Origin: an uncultured Oscillibacter sp.
GTDB taxonomy: Bacteria; Bacillota; Clostridia; Oscillospirales; Oscillospiraceae
NCBI GenBank assembly: GCA_904393855.1
Contig: CAJFNE010000001.1
Location: 1-41,857, forward strand
Reading direction: 5' to 3'
DNA length: 41,857 nt
Part shown: positions 26,657-35,959 of the stretch, in pieces
Layout: the number at the start of each line of letters is the position of its first letter
How positions within the stretch are numbered: the first letter of the stretch is position 1
The notes under the pieces: generated by a model
Database searches by the model: none
What the model saw: the letters and a program-made list of their open reading frames with translations, nothing else
What the model was told of the DNA's origin: nothing
Program-made: the position numbers and the translations under genes

Positions 26657-28006
26657 TTATCTCTTGTTGGAACGCCGCCAGATGTGCATCTTCTCCGCCT
26701 CGGCGATCAGCTCGTCCCGGAACTGGGGATGGGCCAAGCCGATGATGCCCTCGGCCCGCTCCCAGGTGGACTTGCCCTTTACGTTGAACTTGCCGTACTC
26801 GGTCACCAGCCAGTGGAGGTTGGTGCGGGTGGCGGTGACCACGGAGCCGGTCACCAGGGTGGGACGGATGCGGGAGTGGAGCTCGCCGGTCTTCTTGTCC
26901 TTCACGGTGGCGGAGCAGCAGATGAAGCTCTTGCCGCCCTTGGAGAGGTACGCGCCCAGCACGAAGTCCTGCTGCCCGCCGGAGCCGGAGATGTGCCGGG
27001 TGCCGGAGGACTCCGAGGACACCTGGCCGTACAGGTCGATATCCACCGCGCCGTTGATGGAGATGAAGTTGTCGATCTGGGAGATGCGGGCGATGTCGTT
27101 GGCGTAATCCACCGGCACGCAGCAGCACTCCGGGTTGTTGTTCAGGTAGTCGTACAGCTTCTGAGTGCCGGCGGCAAAGGCGTACACCTGACGCCCCCGG
27201 TCAAAGGGCTTGAAGGCGCCGGTGATGCGGCCGGCCTCGGCCATGTCCACGAAAGCGTCCACATACATCTCCGTGTGCACGCCCAGGTCCTTCAGGTCGC
27301 TCTCGGCGATCATCTTGCCGATGGTGCCGGGCACGGAGCCAATGCCCAGCTGCAGGCAGGCGCCGTTGGGGATCTCCGGCACCACCAGGTTGGCAATGGC
27401 CAGATCCACCTCGGAGGGAGCCGCGGAGCCGCCGCCCATCTGGCCAATCGGGGGATTGTCGCCCTCCACGATCATGTCTACCCGGTCGATATGGACGCAG
27501 TTGTCATAGCCGCCATGGCACACGGGCATGTTCTGGTTGACCTCCACGATCAGCACCTTGGCGTGCTCACAGACCATCTTGATGTGGGAGCCGGTGGGTC
27601 CGAAGTTGAAGTAGCCGTGCTCGTCCATAGGGGCCACCTGGATCATGGCCACGTCCACGGTGATGCCGCCGTTGCGGTAGTAGCCAGGCAGCTCCGAGTA
27701 ACGGATGGGCACGTAGTAAGCCAGGCCCTCGCTGATCATCTTGCGCTCGATGCCGCTCATATGGACGGAGTTCCAGCTGAAGTGGCTGGCGGCGTCCGGT
27801 ACGTCCGCGATGGCGGGCCGGCTCAGAACAATGCCGCCGTGAATGTTGACATCCGTCAGCTCATTGGCCCGACGAGCCAGAGCGGCGTCCAGAGCCACAG
27901 GGGTGCTCACGCAGAAGCCATAGTCCACCCAGTCGCCGGACTTGATTACCTTTACCGCCTCGTCAGCGGTGGTCAGCTTCTGCTGATACTGCGTCTGAAA
28001 ATCCAT
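26657..28006 (-). CDS. but: Butyryl-CoA:acetate CoA-transferase (acetyl-CoA hydrolase/transferase family)
   Basis: [65 protein letters not shown] end typical of But. Confidence 0.8.
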   Translation of the reverse strand: MDFQTQYQQKLTTADEAVKVIKSGDWVDYGFCVSTPVALDAALARRANELTDVNIHGGIVLSRPAIADVPDAASHFSWNSVHMSGIERKMISEGLAYYVPIRYSELPGYYRNGGITVDVAMIQVAPMDEHGYFNFGPTGSHIKMVCEHAKVLIVEVNQNMPVCHGGYDNCVHIDRVDMIVEGDNPPIGQMGGGSAAPSEVDLAIANLVVPEIPNGACLQLGIGSVPGTIGKMIAESDLKDLGVHTEMYVDAFVDMAEAGRITGAFKPFDRGRQVYAFAAGTQKLYDYLNNNPECCCVPVDYANDIARISQIDNFISINGAVDIDLYGQVSSESSGTRHISGSGGQQDFVLGAYLSKGGKSFICCSATVKDKKTGELHSRIRPTLVTGSVVTATRTNLHWLVTEYGKFNVKGKSTWERAEGIIGLAHPQFRDELIAEAEKMHIWRRSNKR

Positions 28007-28110
28007 GTGAAATCCTCCTATTTCATCTCAAATTCCTTGGACCAACCTAACTGAAAGACACCGCGGGCGCAGCCAGGCCGGCAGGAGCTGCCAGCCTAGG
28101 CGCCGTTTTG

Positions 28111-28141
28111 AAAAAGAGGCAGACCCGGTTGGGTCTGCCTC
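28111..28141 (-). terminator. Terminator after rpsA
   Basis: GAGGCAGACCC-AACC-GGGTCTGCCTC then TTTTT on the minus strand. Confidence 0.8.
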
Positions 28142-28155
28142 CTTGCAGACGGGAT

Positions 28156-29295
28156 TTATTCCTCCGCGGGGACTTCCTCCTCAGCGGAATCCTCCGCCTC
28201 CTGGGCCGCAGGGGCCAGCAGGGCACGAATGGACAGGGAGATCTTCTGCTTCTCCTCGTCGATGGCGGTGATCTTCACGTCCACCATCTGGCCCTCAGAC
28301 AGCACGTCCTCCGGCTTGTCGATGCGCCGGTCCGCGATCTGAGAGATGTGGATCAGGCCGTCCACGCCGGGAACCACCTCGGCAAAGGCGCCGAAGCTCA
28401 TGAGCTTCACAATGCGCACGTTAGCCACGTCGCCCACCTTGTAGGTGTCCATGAACACCTGCCAGGGGTTGATGTTGTGGTCCTTCACGCCCAGGGAGAT
28501 CTTGCGCTTCTCGGGGTCAAAGGAGATGACGTACACATCCAGGGTGTCTCCCACCTTGCACACCTCGGAGGGCGTCTTGATCCGGCTCCAGCTGAGCTCG
28601 GAGATATGTACCATGCCGTCCACGCCGCCGATGTCCACGAATACGCCGTAGCTGGTCATGGACTTCACGGTGCCGGTATAGTGCTTTCCCACCTCGATGT
28701 TGGCCCAGACTTCCTCCTGGGCGGCCCGGCGGGCCTCGTCAGTGACGGAGCGGATGGAACCCACTACCCGGCGGCGGGCCCGGTTGACCTCGGTGATCCG
28801 CAGCTGGACCTTCTGGCCCTTCATGGTGGAGAGGTCCGCACCCCGGGGCTGGCCGCTCTGAGAGGCGGGTACGAACACCCGCACGCCCTTGACGGACACC
28901 ACGATACCGCCCTTGTTATCCTCCGTAACAGTGCCGTCCAGGATCGTCTTCTCCTCCACGGCCTGCTCGATGTTCTCCCAGACCTTGGCGGCGTCCAGAC
29001 GCTTCTTGGAGAGTTCCGCGTAGCCCTCCACGTCGTTGACCCGGACCACGTAGGTCTCGATCTGGTCGCCCACGTGGATAATATCCTCCGGCTTGACGTT
29101 GGGATCATCGCTCAGCTCACTGAGCTTGATGTATGCCGCCTGCTTGGCCCCCACGTCCACCTGCACCTCGGTGGGAGTAATGGCGGTGACGATGCCGGTA
29201 ACCCGATCGCCATTATTCAAAGTTTTGAAAGACTGATTCAGTAATTCCTCGAAGGACTCCTCTTTGCCCTCGGCCGCCTTGATTTCTTCGCTCAT
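28156..29295 (-). CDS. rpsA: 30S ribosomal protein S1 (4 S1 domains)
   Basis: Repeated S1 motifs (YGVFVDIGGVDGMVHISELSW; FGAFAEV..GVDGLIHISQI); SD AAGGAGG upstream. Confidence 0.93.
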   Translation of the reverse strand: MSEEIKAAEGKEESFEELLNQSFKTLNNGDRVTGIVTAITPTEVQVDVGAKQAAYIKLSELSDDPNVKPEDIIHVGDQIETYVVRVNDVEGYAELSKKRLDAAKVWENIEQAVEEKTILDGTVTEDNKGGIVVSVKGVRVFVPASQSGQPRGADLSTMKGQKVQLRITEVNRARRRVVGSIRSVTDEARRAAQEEVWANIEVGKHYTGTVKSMTSYGVFVDIGGVDGMVHISELSWSRIKTPSEVCKVGDTLDVYVISFDPEKRKISLGVKDHNINPWQVFMDTYKVGDVANVRIVKLMSFGAFAEVVPGVDGLIHISQIADRRIDKPEDVLSEGQMVDVKITAIDEEKQKISLSIRALLAPAAQEAEDSAEEEVPAEE

Positions 29296-30095
29296 CGTTG
29301 CATATACCTCCTTAATGATGCCCGCAAGCCAGCGAATAAATCAGGTGGAAGCTCGTCCGCCCGTTCGATCTGAACGACGCGGGAACAGCCTCCCATACAG
29401 ATTTCCGTCAAATGTTTCGTGTTGGCGCTTTTACGGTCTCCCACCACAACCATCACGTCCGCCTGCGCGGCAATTTCCGCCGCCTCGGCCTGACGCTTAT
29501 GCGTAGCATCACATATTGTATCAAAGATTTTGACGTTTGTACACTCTTTTTTTATGATTTTCCATGAAATTTCAAAAAGTTCACGAATACAGGTGGTTTG
29601 CGCCACCACGGTCAGGGGCATTTCCCGGTTTGTTTCCGGGGCATCCAGCCACTGACGCACCGCATCCGGGCCGTCAAAAATCAGGGGATCGCCGCACCAG
29701 CTGGCGATTCCGGCCACCTCGGGATGCGCCGCCTCGCCGATGATCACCGGCCGCCGGCCCTCCGCCTCCGCCTGGGCCACCAGCCGCTGGATGCGGATCA
29801 CATTAGGGCAGGTGGCATTGATGCAGCGGACGCCCCGGGCCTCCAGCTCGTCCAGCACGGATTTCAGCTCCCCATGCGAGCGGATCAGCACTGTCTCCCC
29901 CGCCGGAATCACCGCCGGGTCCGCCGTCTTCCGGACGCCCCGGCGGGCCAGGTCCTCCACAACGAAGCTGTTGTGGATCAGGTCCCCCAGCATCCAGCAC
30001 CCACCGGACTCCTCTGCGGTCCGCTGGGCCAGCTCCACCGCCCGGCGGACGCCGTAGCAGAACCCCGCGCTTTTGGCCAGTCTCACTTCCCGCAC
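29292..30095 (-). pseudogene. ispH: IspH/LytB with apparent C-terminal deletion and frameshift (broken ispH-rpsA fusion)
   Basis: GFCYGV, IRSHG, ATCP.V, AQTT, TIC.AT..RQ, SANT present; terminal G.TAGASTP motif absent; the alternative frame resumes AGIIKEVYAT-MSEEIK into S1. Confidence 0.7.
29515..29562 (-). promoter_or_regulatory. Putative internal sigma-A promoter for rpsA inside ispH
   Basis: A-tracts, TGTACA-17 nt-TACAAT with extended TG, within a locally AT-rich patch of a GC-rich gene. Confidence 0.55.
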
Positions 30096-30727
30096 AGCGG
30101 CGTCCCTCCCACGGCCTGCCCGCCCAGGGCGTAGGCCTCCTTTAAAATCTCGTCGGCAATCTTCTGCATCTCCTCGGAGGTGCCCCGCCGCCCGGTGTAG
30201 TGGGGCTCATAGGGTTTACCGATGATGATGCGGGTCCGGTGGAAGAATTTCTTCTCCCCATCCATGAACACGGGTATCAGCGTGGCGCCGGTGCGGACGC
30301 CGATCATGGCCACCCCCGCCTTGGCGTGGGCGGGCAGTCCGTCGATATATCCGATCCCGTTCCGAACCACGGTCCCTTCCGGGAAAATCAGCAGATTGTC
30401 GCCGTCCTTAATGGCCTGCATGGCGGTGCGGACGGTGTGAATGTCGTTTTGCCCCCGGCTTACGGGGAAGGCCCCCACCTTTCGGAGAATCCAGCCCAGA
30501 ATCGGATTCTGGAACAGCTCCTCCTTGGCCATGATGTGGACCCGGTAGTTGACGGGCAGCTTCAAAACCAGGATCACCGGGTCCCAGTTGCTGGAGTGGT
30601 TGGGGCACAGCAGCGCCCCGTGCTGCGGCAGGTTCTCCAGCCCCTCGATGCTGGCGGGGTGGAGAATGTTGGTCACAAAGCGCACCAGGTAATAGACCAC
30701 AACAAAAAATCGATTGAACGGCTTCAT
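30083..30727 (-). CDS. plsC: 1-acyl-sn-glycerol-3-phosphate acyltransferase
   Basis: NHSSNWD, MAKEELF, IFPEGT. Confidence 0.9.
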   Translation of the reverse strand: MKPFNRFFVVVYYLVRFVTNILHPASIEGLENLPQHGALLCPNHSSNWDPVILVLKLPVNYRVHIMAKEELFQNPILGWILRKVGAFPVSRGQNDIHTVRTAMQAIKDGDNLLIFPEGTVVRNGIGYIDGLPAHAKAGVAMIGVRTGATLIPVFMDGEKKFFHRTRIIIGKPYEPHYTGRRGTSEEMQKIADEILKEAYALGGQAVGGTPLCGK

Positions 30728-31401
30728 AGACCCGTCCTCTCCCGAATGATGCGCATCAGCGCCTCCTCGCTCTCCTGAAAATCCAGGTCCGTGGTGTCTA
30801 GGCGCACCGCGTCCTCCGCCTGCCGCAGGGGCGAGATGGCCCGGTGGGAGTCGTCCCAATCCCGCTTCTGAATCTCCGCCAGCACCTGGTCATAGGGCTC
30901 CGGGGTCCCCCGCTGCTCCAGTTCCAGCATCCGGCGCCGAGCCCGGACCTCCGGCGAGGCGGTGAGGAAAATCTTCACCTCCGCGTCCGGCAGCACCACG
31001 GTGCCGATATCCCGGCCGTCCATAATGACGCTCTGGGTGCGGGCCAGCTGGCGCTGCATGTCCAGGAGGTAAGCCCGCACGCTGGGATGGGCCGACACGG
31101 CGGAGGCATACAGGGAGATCTCCGGCAGGCGGATCTCCTGCGTCACGTCCCGGCCGTTTAAGATCATGTGCTGGAGGCCGTCGTCCCCGTGGACCGCCTC
31201 CACCTGGATGCGGGGCAACTCCCCGTCCACCGCGGCGGCGTCCTTGGGGTCCAGCCCCTGGGTGTAGATCTGGTAGCCGATGGTCCGGTAGATGGCGCCG
31301 GTATCCACATACAGGATGCCCAGCTTGGCGGCAAGGCTCCGGGCCAGGGTGCTCTTCCCCGCCCCCGAGGGGCCGTCAATGGCGATGCGAATGTTGTTCA
31401 T
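30724..31401 (-). CDS. cmk: Cytidylate kinase
   Basis: IAIDGPSGAGKST, DTGAIYR, MDGRDIGTVV. Confidence 0.96.
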   Translation of the reverse strand: MNNIRIAIDGPSGAGKSTLARSLAAKLGILYVDTGAIYRTIGYQIYTQGLDPKDAAAVDGELPRIQVEAVHGDDGLQHMILNGRDVTQEIRLPEISLYASAVSAHPSVRAYLLDMQRQLARTQSVIMDGRDIGTVVLPDAEVKIFLTASPEVRARRRMLELEQRGTPEPYDQVLAEIQKRDWDDSHRAISPLRQAEDAVRLDTTDLDFQESEEALMRIIRERTGL

Positions 31402-32654
31402 GGTGTCCTCCCAGTCTCTTCTTCCGCCGCGGCGATGCCGGCGGCCCGGCCCGTGGCCCAGGCAATCTGCAGGTTGAACCCGCCGGTGTAGGCGTCTACA
31501 TCCAGCAGTTCTCCCGCAAAGTACAATCCCTTTACAAGCTTTGATTCCATGGTCGTGGGGTTGACCTCCCCCACCTTGACGCCGCCGGAGGTGACAATAG
31601 CCCCCTCCACAGGCTCCGGCGCCGTGATGACAACGCCAAAGTGCTTTAGCTGGTCCAGCAGCTCCCGCCGCTGCTCCCGGGTGATCTCGTGAACCTTCTG
31701 CCGGGGCGGAATGCCGGAGGCCTCCACCATTACGGGGATCAGCTTCTGGGGCAGCAGATCATCCAGGGCGTTGCAGAAATCGCTGTTGATGTGCTTCTCA
31801 AAATCCGACAGCAGCCGCCGATCCAGAGTCTCCTGATCCAGCGCCGGCTTCAGGTCGATCTCCAGCCGGTAAGTCTTTGTATCAAAATGCCGCATATGGG
31901 CGGAGGCGGACAGCACCAAGGGGCCGCTGACGCCAAAATGGGTGAACACCAGCTCCCCGAAGTCCGTGTAAATTTTCTTCCGGTTTTCAAAGACCGTCAG
32001 CCCCACGTTCCGCAGGCTCAGTCCCTGGAGCCGGTCACAGGCCCCGCCCCGCTCCAGTTCCCCCGCCAGGGGTACCAGGGAGCCCCGGAGGGGCGTCACC
32101 GTATGGCCCAGCTCCGCCGCCATCCGGTGGCCGTCCCCGGTGGAGCCGGTGGCCGGATAGCTGACGCCGCCGGTGGCCAAAATCACTGCCCCGGCGGGAT
32201 ACGCCCGCAGCTCGCCCCCGACTCCCCGGACCGTACCCTCCGCGATCTCCACGTTCACCGCCCGGTCCCGGACCAGCTTCACATGGAGAGCTTTCAGCCG
32301 CCGCTCCAGGGCGGCGCTGATGTCAAAAGCGCGGTCGGAGACGGGAAAGACCCGATTCCCCCGCTCCACTTTCAAGGGGACGCCCAGGGCCTCGAAAAAG
32401 GCCATGGCGTCCCGCCCGTCAAAGCGGGAAAAAACACTGTAGAGGAATTTTCCGTTGCGGGGAACGTGGGCCAGCAGCGTCTCCCGGTCCGCGTCATTGG
32501 TAACGTTGCACCGGCCCTTGCCAGTGATGTTCAGCTTCTTGCCCAGCCGCTCGTTGGGCTCCAGCAGGGTGACGACAGCTCCCCGCTCCGCCGCGGAGAT
32601 CGCGGCCATCATGCCGGCGGCGCCGCCGCCCACAACTACAACCGGCTCACGCAT
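31398..32654 (-). CDS. HI0933/BaiN family NAD(P)/FAD-dependent oxidoreductase
   Basis: GGGAAG, TGKGRCNVTN, ATGGVSYPATGSTGDG, FTHFGVSGP, TGGFNLQ.A. Confidence 0.92.
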   Translation of the reverse strand: MREPVVVVGGGAAGMMAAISAAERGAVVTLLEPNERLGKKLNITGKGRCNVTNDADRETLLAHVPRNGKFLYSVFSRFDGRDAMAFFEALGVPLKVERGNRVFPVSDRAFDISAALERRLKALHVKLVRDRAVNVEIAEGTVRGVGGELRAYPAGAVILATGGVSYPATGSTGDGHRMAAELGHTVTPLRGSLVPLAGELERGGACDRLQGLSLRNVGLTVFENRKKIYTDFGELVFTHFGVSGPLVLSASAHMRHFDTKTYRLEIDLKPALDQETLDRRLLSDFEKHINSDFCNALDDLLPQKLIPVMVEASGIPPRQKVHEITREQRRELLDQLKHFGVVITAPEPVEGAIVTSGGVKVGEVNPTTMESKLVKGLYFAGELLDVDAYTGGFNLQIAWATGRAAGIAAAEEETGRTP

Positions 32655-33510
32655 CGTCCACCTTCCCAAACACGCCGTACTCGTTCCAGATGCGCTCCAG
32701 CTCCGAGAACGTGGCGGCCGCGTCCTTTCCCTGCCGGATGGCCAGAGCCACCACCAGGGCGTTGATCAGGGACAGGGGCGCCACCATGGAGTCTACGAAA
32801 GAGATCATCTCGCAGGGCGTCAGCAGGGCCGCGTCGGACATCTGGTATACCGGAGAGAGCTCGTTGTCCGTGATGGCCACGATGGCGGCTCCCCGCTCCT
32901 TGGCAAATTTCACGGTGTTCACCGTGACGCTGGAGTACCGCGGGAAGCTGATGGCGATCAGCACATCCTCCGTCCCGATGCGGAACAACTGCTCAAAGAT
33001 CTCGCCGGCGGCGGTGGTCTGCACCAGCGTCACGTTCTCCAGCAGCAGGTGCAGGTAGAAATTCAGGTACCCCGCCACGAAAGTGGAAGAACGCGCCCCC
33101 AGGATATAGACATGCCGGGCATTCTGAATCCGGTCCACCACCCGGCTGAACTCCTGCCGGTCGGCTTTCGCCACAACCTCCCGCAGCTTCTCCATGTCTG
33201 ACTGCAGCACCGCCCCCAGTACGTCGCCGGAGAGATGGTCCCCGGCAGCCTGGATGCGCTGGGTGGAGGTCAGGCGGCCCCGGATGATCTCCTGCAGCGC
33301 CCGCTGCATGCTGGGGTAGCCTTCATACCCCAGTTCCGAGGCGAACCGCACCACCGTAGACTCGCTGACACCCACCAGTTTGCCCAGCTTGCTGGCCGTC
33401 ATAAACGCGGCCTTGTCGTAGTTTTCCAGGATATAGGCGGCGATGCGCCGCTGCCCCTTGGAGAAGTGGTTCATCTGCTCTGCCAGTATATGTAGGATAT
33501 CCTTTGTCAC
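32647..33510 (-). CDS. MurR/RpiR family transcriptional regulator
   Basis: HTH VSESTVVRFA..LGY.G; SIS domain ISFPRYS, ITD...SP. Confidence 0.92.
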   Translation of the reverse strand: MTKDILHILAEQMNHFSKGQRRIAAYILENYDKAAFMTASKLGKLVGVSESTVVRFASELGYEGYPSMQRALQEIIRGRLTSTQRIQAAGDHLSGDVLGAVLQSDMEKLREVVAKADRQEFSRVVDRIQNARHVYILGARSSTFVAGYLNFYLHLLLENVTLVQTTAAGEIFEQLFRIGTEDVLIAISFPRYSSVTVNTVKFAKERGAAIVAITDNELSPVYQMSDAALLTPCEMISFVDSMVAPLSLINALVVALAIRQGKDAAATFSELERIWNEYGVFGKVDDA

Positions 33511-33555
33511 GGCTGTCCTCTCCCTGCTCGCGCGGAATACGCTCCGCGCTCATTC

Positions 33556-33589
33556 TGTGGTATTCTACCACAAACTCCGGAAAAAGCAA
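33556..33589 (-). promoter_or_regulatory. Putative promoter of the rpiR operon with a palindrome over the -10
   Basis: TTGCTT-16 nt-TAGAAT with extended TG; inverted repeat TGTGGTA-TTC-TACCACA at 33556-33572. Confidence 0.5.
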
Positions 33590-33643
33590 ACGGTTCCCGG
33601 TCCGATTTTTAAAAATGCGGGGACCCGCGCCCCGGTTCCAGCT

Positions 33644-34351
33644 TTAGAGCCGCTGGAGCTCCTCTCTCTCCCGCTCCGTCAGGTACCGCCACCGCCCCGG
33701 CGGCAGGTCTCCCAGCTCCAGGGTGTGCTCCCGCACCCGCCGCAGCCGCTCCACGGTCAGGCCGCAGGCGGTGCACATCCGGCGGATCTGCCGGTTCTTC
33801 CCCTCGTGGATGGTGATCTCCAGCTCCGCCCGCTGGGAGCCAGTCCGCAGCGTCCGCACCCGGGCGGGGCGAATTCGCTCCCCCTCCAGGTCCGTAATTG
33901 CCGCCAGACGCTCCGCGGCCCCGGCGACCTCTCCCCGGACCCGCACCTGGTAGACCTTCTCCACCTCCCCGCTGGGGTGCAGCAGGCGGTCCGTCAGGTC
34001 CCCGTCGTTGGTCATCAGCAGCAAGCCCTCGGAGTTCAAATCCAGCCGGCCCACCGGCCACACCCGCACACCGCAGTCCGCCACCAGCTCCGCCACGGTC
34101 CGGCGGCCCTTCTCATCGGACAGGGTGGTCACGTAGCCCCGGGGCTTGTTCAGCATCAGATAAACTTTCTCTGGGCGCGGCGACAGCGGGCGTCCGTCCA
34201 CCAGGATCTCGTCCCGGTCCAGGTCCGCCCGCTCTCCCAACGCCGCTGGATGGCCGTTGACCGTCACCCGCCCGGCGGTGATATACGCCTCCGCCGCCCG
34301 GCGGGAACAGATCCCCGCGGCGGAGAGCAGTTTTTGCAGTCGTTCTTCCAT
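33644..34351 (-). CDS. rluB: 23S rRNA pseudouridine synthase (RluB-like)
   Basis: S4 domain ERLQK..S.AG..SRR.AE, NKPRG, VGRLD, EGKNRQIRRM. Confidence 0.88.
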   Translation of the reverse strand: MEERLQKLLSAAGICSRRAAEAYITAGRVTVNGHPAALGERADLDRDEILVDGRPLSPRPEKVYLMLNKPRGYVTTLSDEKGRRTVAELVADCGVRVWPVGRLDLNSEGLLLMTNDGDLTDRLLHPSGEVEKVYQVRVRGEVAGAAERLAAITDLEGERIRPARVRTLRTGSQRAELEITIHEGKNRQIRRMCTACGLTVERLRRVREHTLELGDLPPGRWRYLTEREREELQRL

Positions 34352-34358
34352 AACATTC

Positions 34359-35441
34359 CTATCCCAAGTGCTTCAGGATCCCCAGGGCGGAGGCAACCTG
34401 GGGGGCCACATGCTCGCCGCACAGAAGCTCCACCCGGCCGATCTCCGCGCCGTTCAGCGTGAAGACTGCCTCCCCCACCACGGTTCCCGCGGACAGCGGC
34501 GCCGTCAGCGTCCCGTTCAGCTCAATCCTGGTCTCCACGGTCTCCCCCGCCGCCGTGGGCCAGGAGAAGCTCTCCGCCGCCACCAGGGACACCGTGGGCT
34601 GGGTGCCGCCCTGCACCGCCGCCAGGTCCACCTCCTGGCCCAGCACCGCCAGAGCCTTCGCGGGATAGGTGGAGAAGCCGTACTCGTACAGGGCTTCATG
34701 ATCCGCCCAGTCGTTGCCGTCCTGGAGCGTCACCGCCACCAGCCGCTGGCCATTGCGCTCCGCGCAGCTGACCAGGGTCCGGCCCGCCGCCATGGTGTAG
34801 CCGGTCTTGAGTCCGACGCAGCCGTCCACATAGCTTAGGAGCTTATTGTGGTTAGTCATGGTCCGCCCGCCGATGGTCACGCTCTTCGTGGAGACGATCC
34901 GGGCCAGGGTCGCGTTCTCCATGGCGGCGCAGGCCAGAATAGCCATGTCCCGGGCGGTGGAGTAGTGTTCCTCCGCGTCCAGGCCGTTGGGGTTGGCAAA
35001 GGAGGAGTGGGTCATGCCCAGCTCCGCCGCCGTCTCGTTCATGAGCTCTGCGAACTTCTCCTCGCTGCCGCTGATGTGCTCCGCGATGGCCACGGCGGCA
35101 TCGTTGCCGGAGCAGAGCATCAGCCCGTACAGCAGGGTCTCCAGAGTCAGCTCCTCCCCCTCCTTCAGGTACATGGAGGAGCCCTCCGTATAGGCCGCGT
35201 GGCGGCTGACAGTGACCACATCAGAGAGGTTCCCCTCCCGCAGGGCCACCAGGGCCGTGAGAATCTTGGTGGTGCTGGCGATCAGCATCTCCCGGTCCGC
35301 GCTCTGCTCATAGAGTACCCGCCCACTGTCCGCGTCCATCAGGATCGCAGCGGTGGCGGAGGTGCTCACCGCCTCCGCCCGGCAGGGCACCAGCGACAGC
35401 AGCACCAGCGCCGCCAGGATGCCGGCCATCCGCTTTCCCAA
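34359..35441 (-). CDS. dacB: D-alanyl-D-alanine carboxypeptidase (peptidase S11)
   Basis: Signal peptide, ASTTK, SGN, KTG motifs; scpB...dacB...rluB synteny as in B. subtilis. Confidence 0.8.
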   Translation of the reverse strand: MGKRMAGILAALVLLSLVPCRAEAVSTSATAAILMDADSGRVLYEQSADREMLIASTTKILTALVALREGNLSDVVTVSRHAAYTEGSSMYLKEGEELTLETLLYGLMLCSGNDAAVAIAEHISGSEEKFAELMNETAAELGMTHSSFANPNGLDAEEHYSTARDMAILACAAMENATLARIVSTKSVTIGGRTMTNHNKLLSYVDGCVGLKTGYTMAAGRTLVSCAERNGQRLVAVTLQDGNDWADHEALYEYGFSTYPAKALAVLGQEVDLAAVQGGTQPTVSLVAAESFSWPTAAGETVETRIELNGTLTAPLSAGTVVGEAVFTLNGAEIGRVELLCGEHVAPQVASALGILKHLG

Positions 35442-35485
35442 ACCCCATCACTTCCTTCATTGGCAATGATGGTAGTATACCCCGC

Positions 35486-35881
35486 TCACAGGGTTTCTTT
35501 TTCTTCCTTCTTGTCGAAATATTTTTCCACTTTATCCAGCAGGTCCGGCGCCATCTCCACGATGCGGTCCACGGTGGACACCGGCGGCACCGCCACCGGC
35601 AGTACCCGGGTGATGCCGTCCTTGATCACCAGGAAAGCCACCGGGTCGATCTTCACCCCCGCGCCGGCGCCTCCGCCGAAGTTCTGGGGCTGGGTCTTGC
35701 CGTAGTCCCCGCCGCCTCCGCCGAAACCGACGCTGACCTTGGAAATGGGGATCAACGTCACGCCGTCCGCCGTCTGGATGGGCTGCCCCACGATCGTGTT
35801 GGTGTCCGCCATCTCCCGGACCTTCTCCATGGTGGAGCGCAGCAGGTCGTTCAGGGGGCTCTTCTTCTCGTTTTCCATCAT
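35486..35881 (-). CDS. ytfJ: GerW/YtfJ family sporulation protein
   Basis: NTIVG.PI, IPISKVSVGFGGGG, FGGGAGAGV...PVAFLV. Confidence 0.92.
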   Translation of the reverse strand: MMENEKKSPLNDLLRSTMEKVREMADTNTIVGQPIQTADGVTLIPISKVSVGFGGGGGDYGKTQPQNFGGGAGAGVKIDPVAFLVIKDGITRVLPVAVPPVSTVDRIVEMAPDLLDKVEKYFDKKEEKETL

Positions 35882-35959
35882 GCCGTTTCCTTTCTTTCCT
35901 GTTTCCCGCCGCAGACAAACCCAGGGCCGCCGCGGCGTATTGTCTTTAGGATATGCAGT

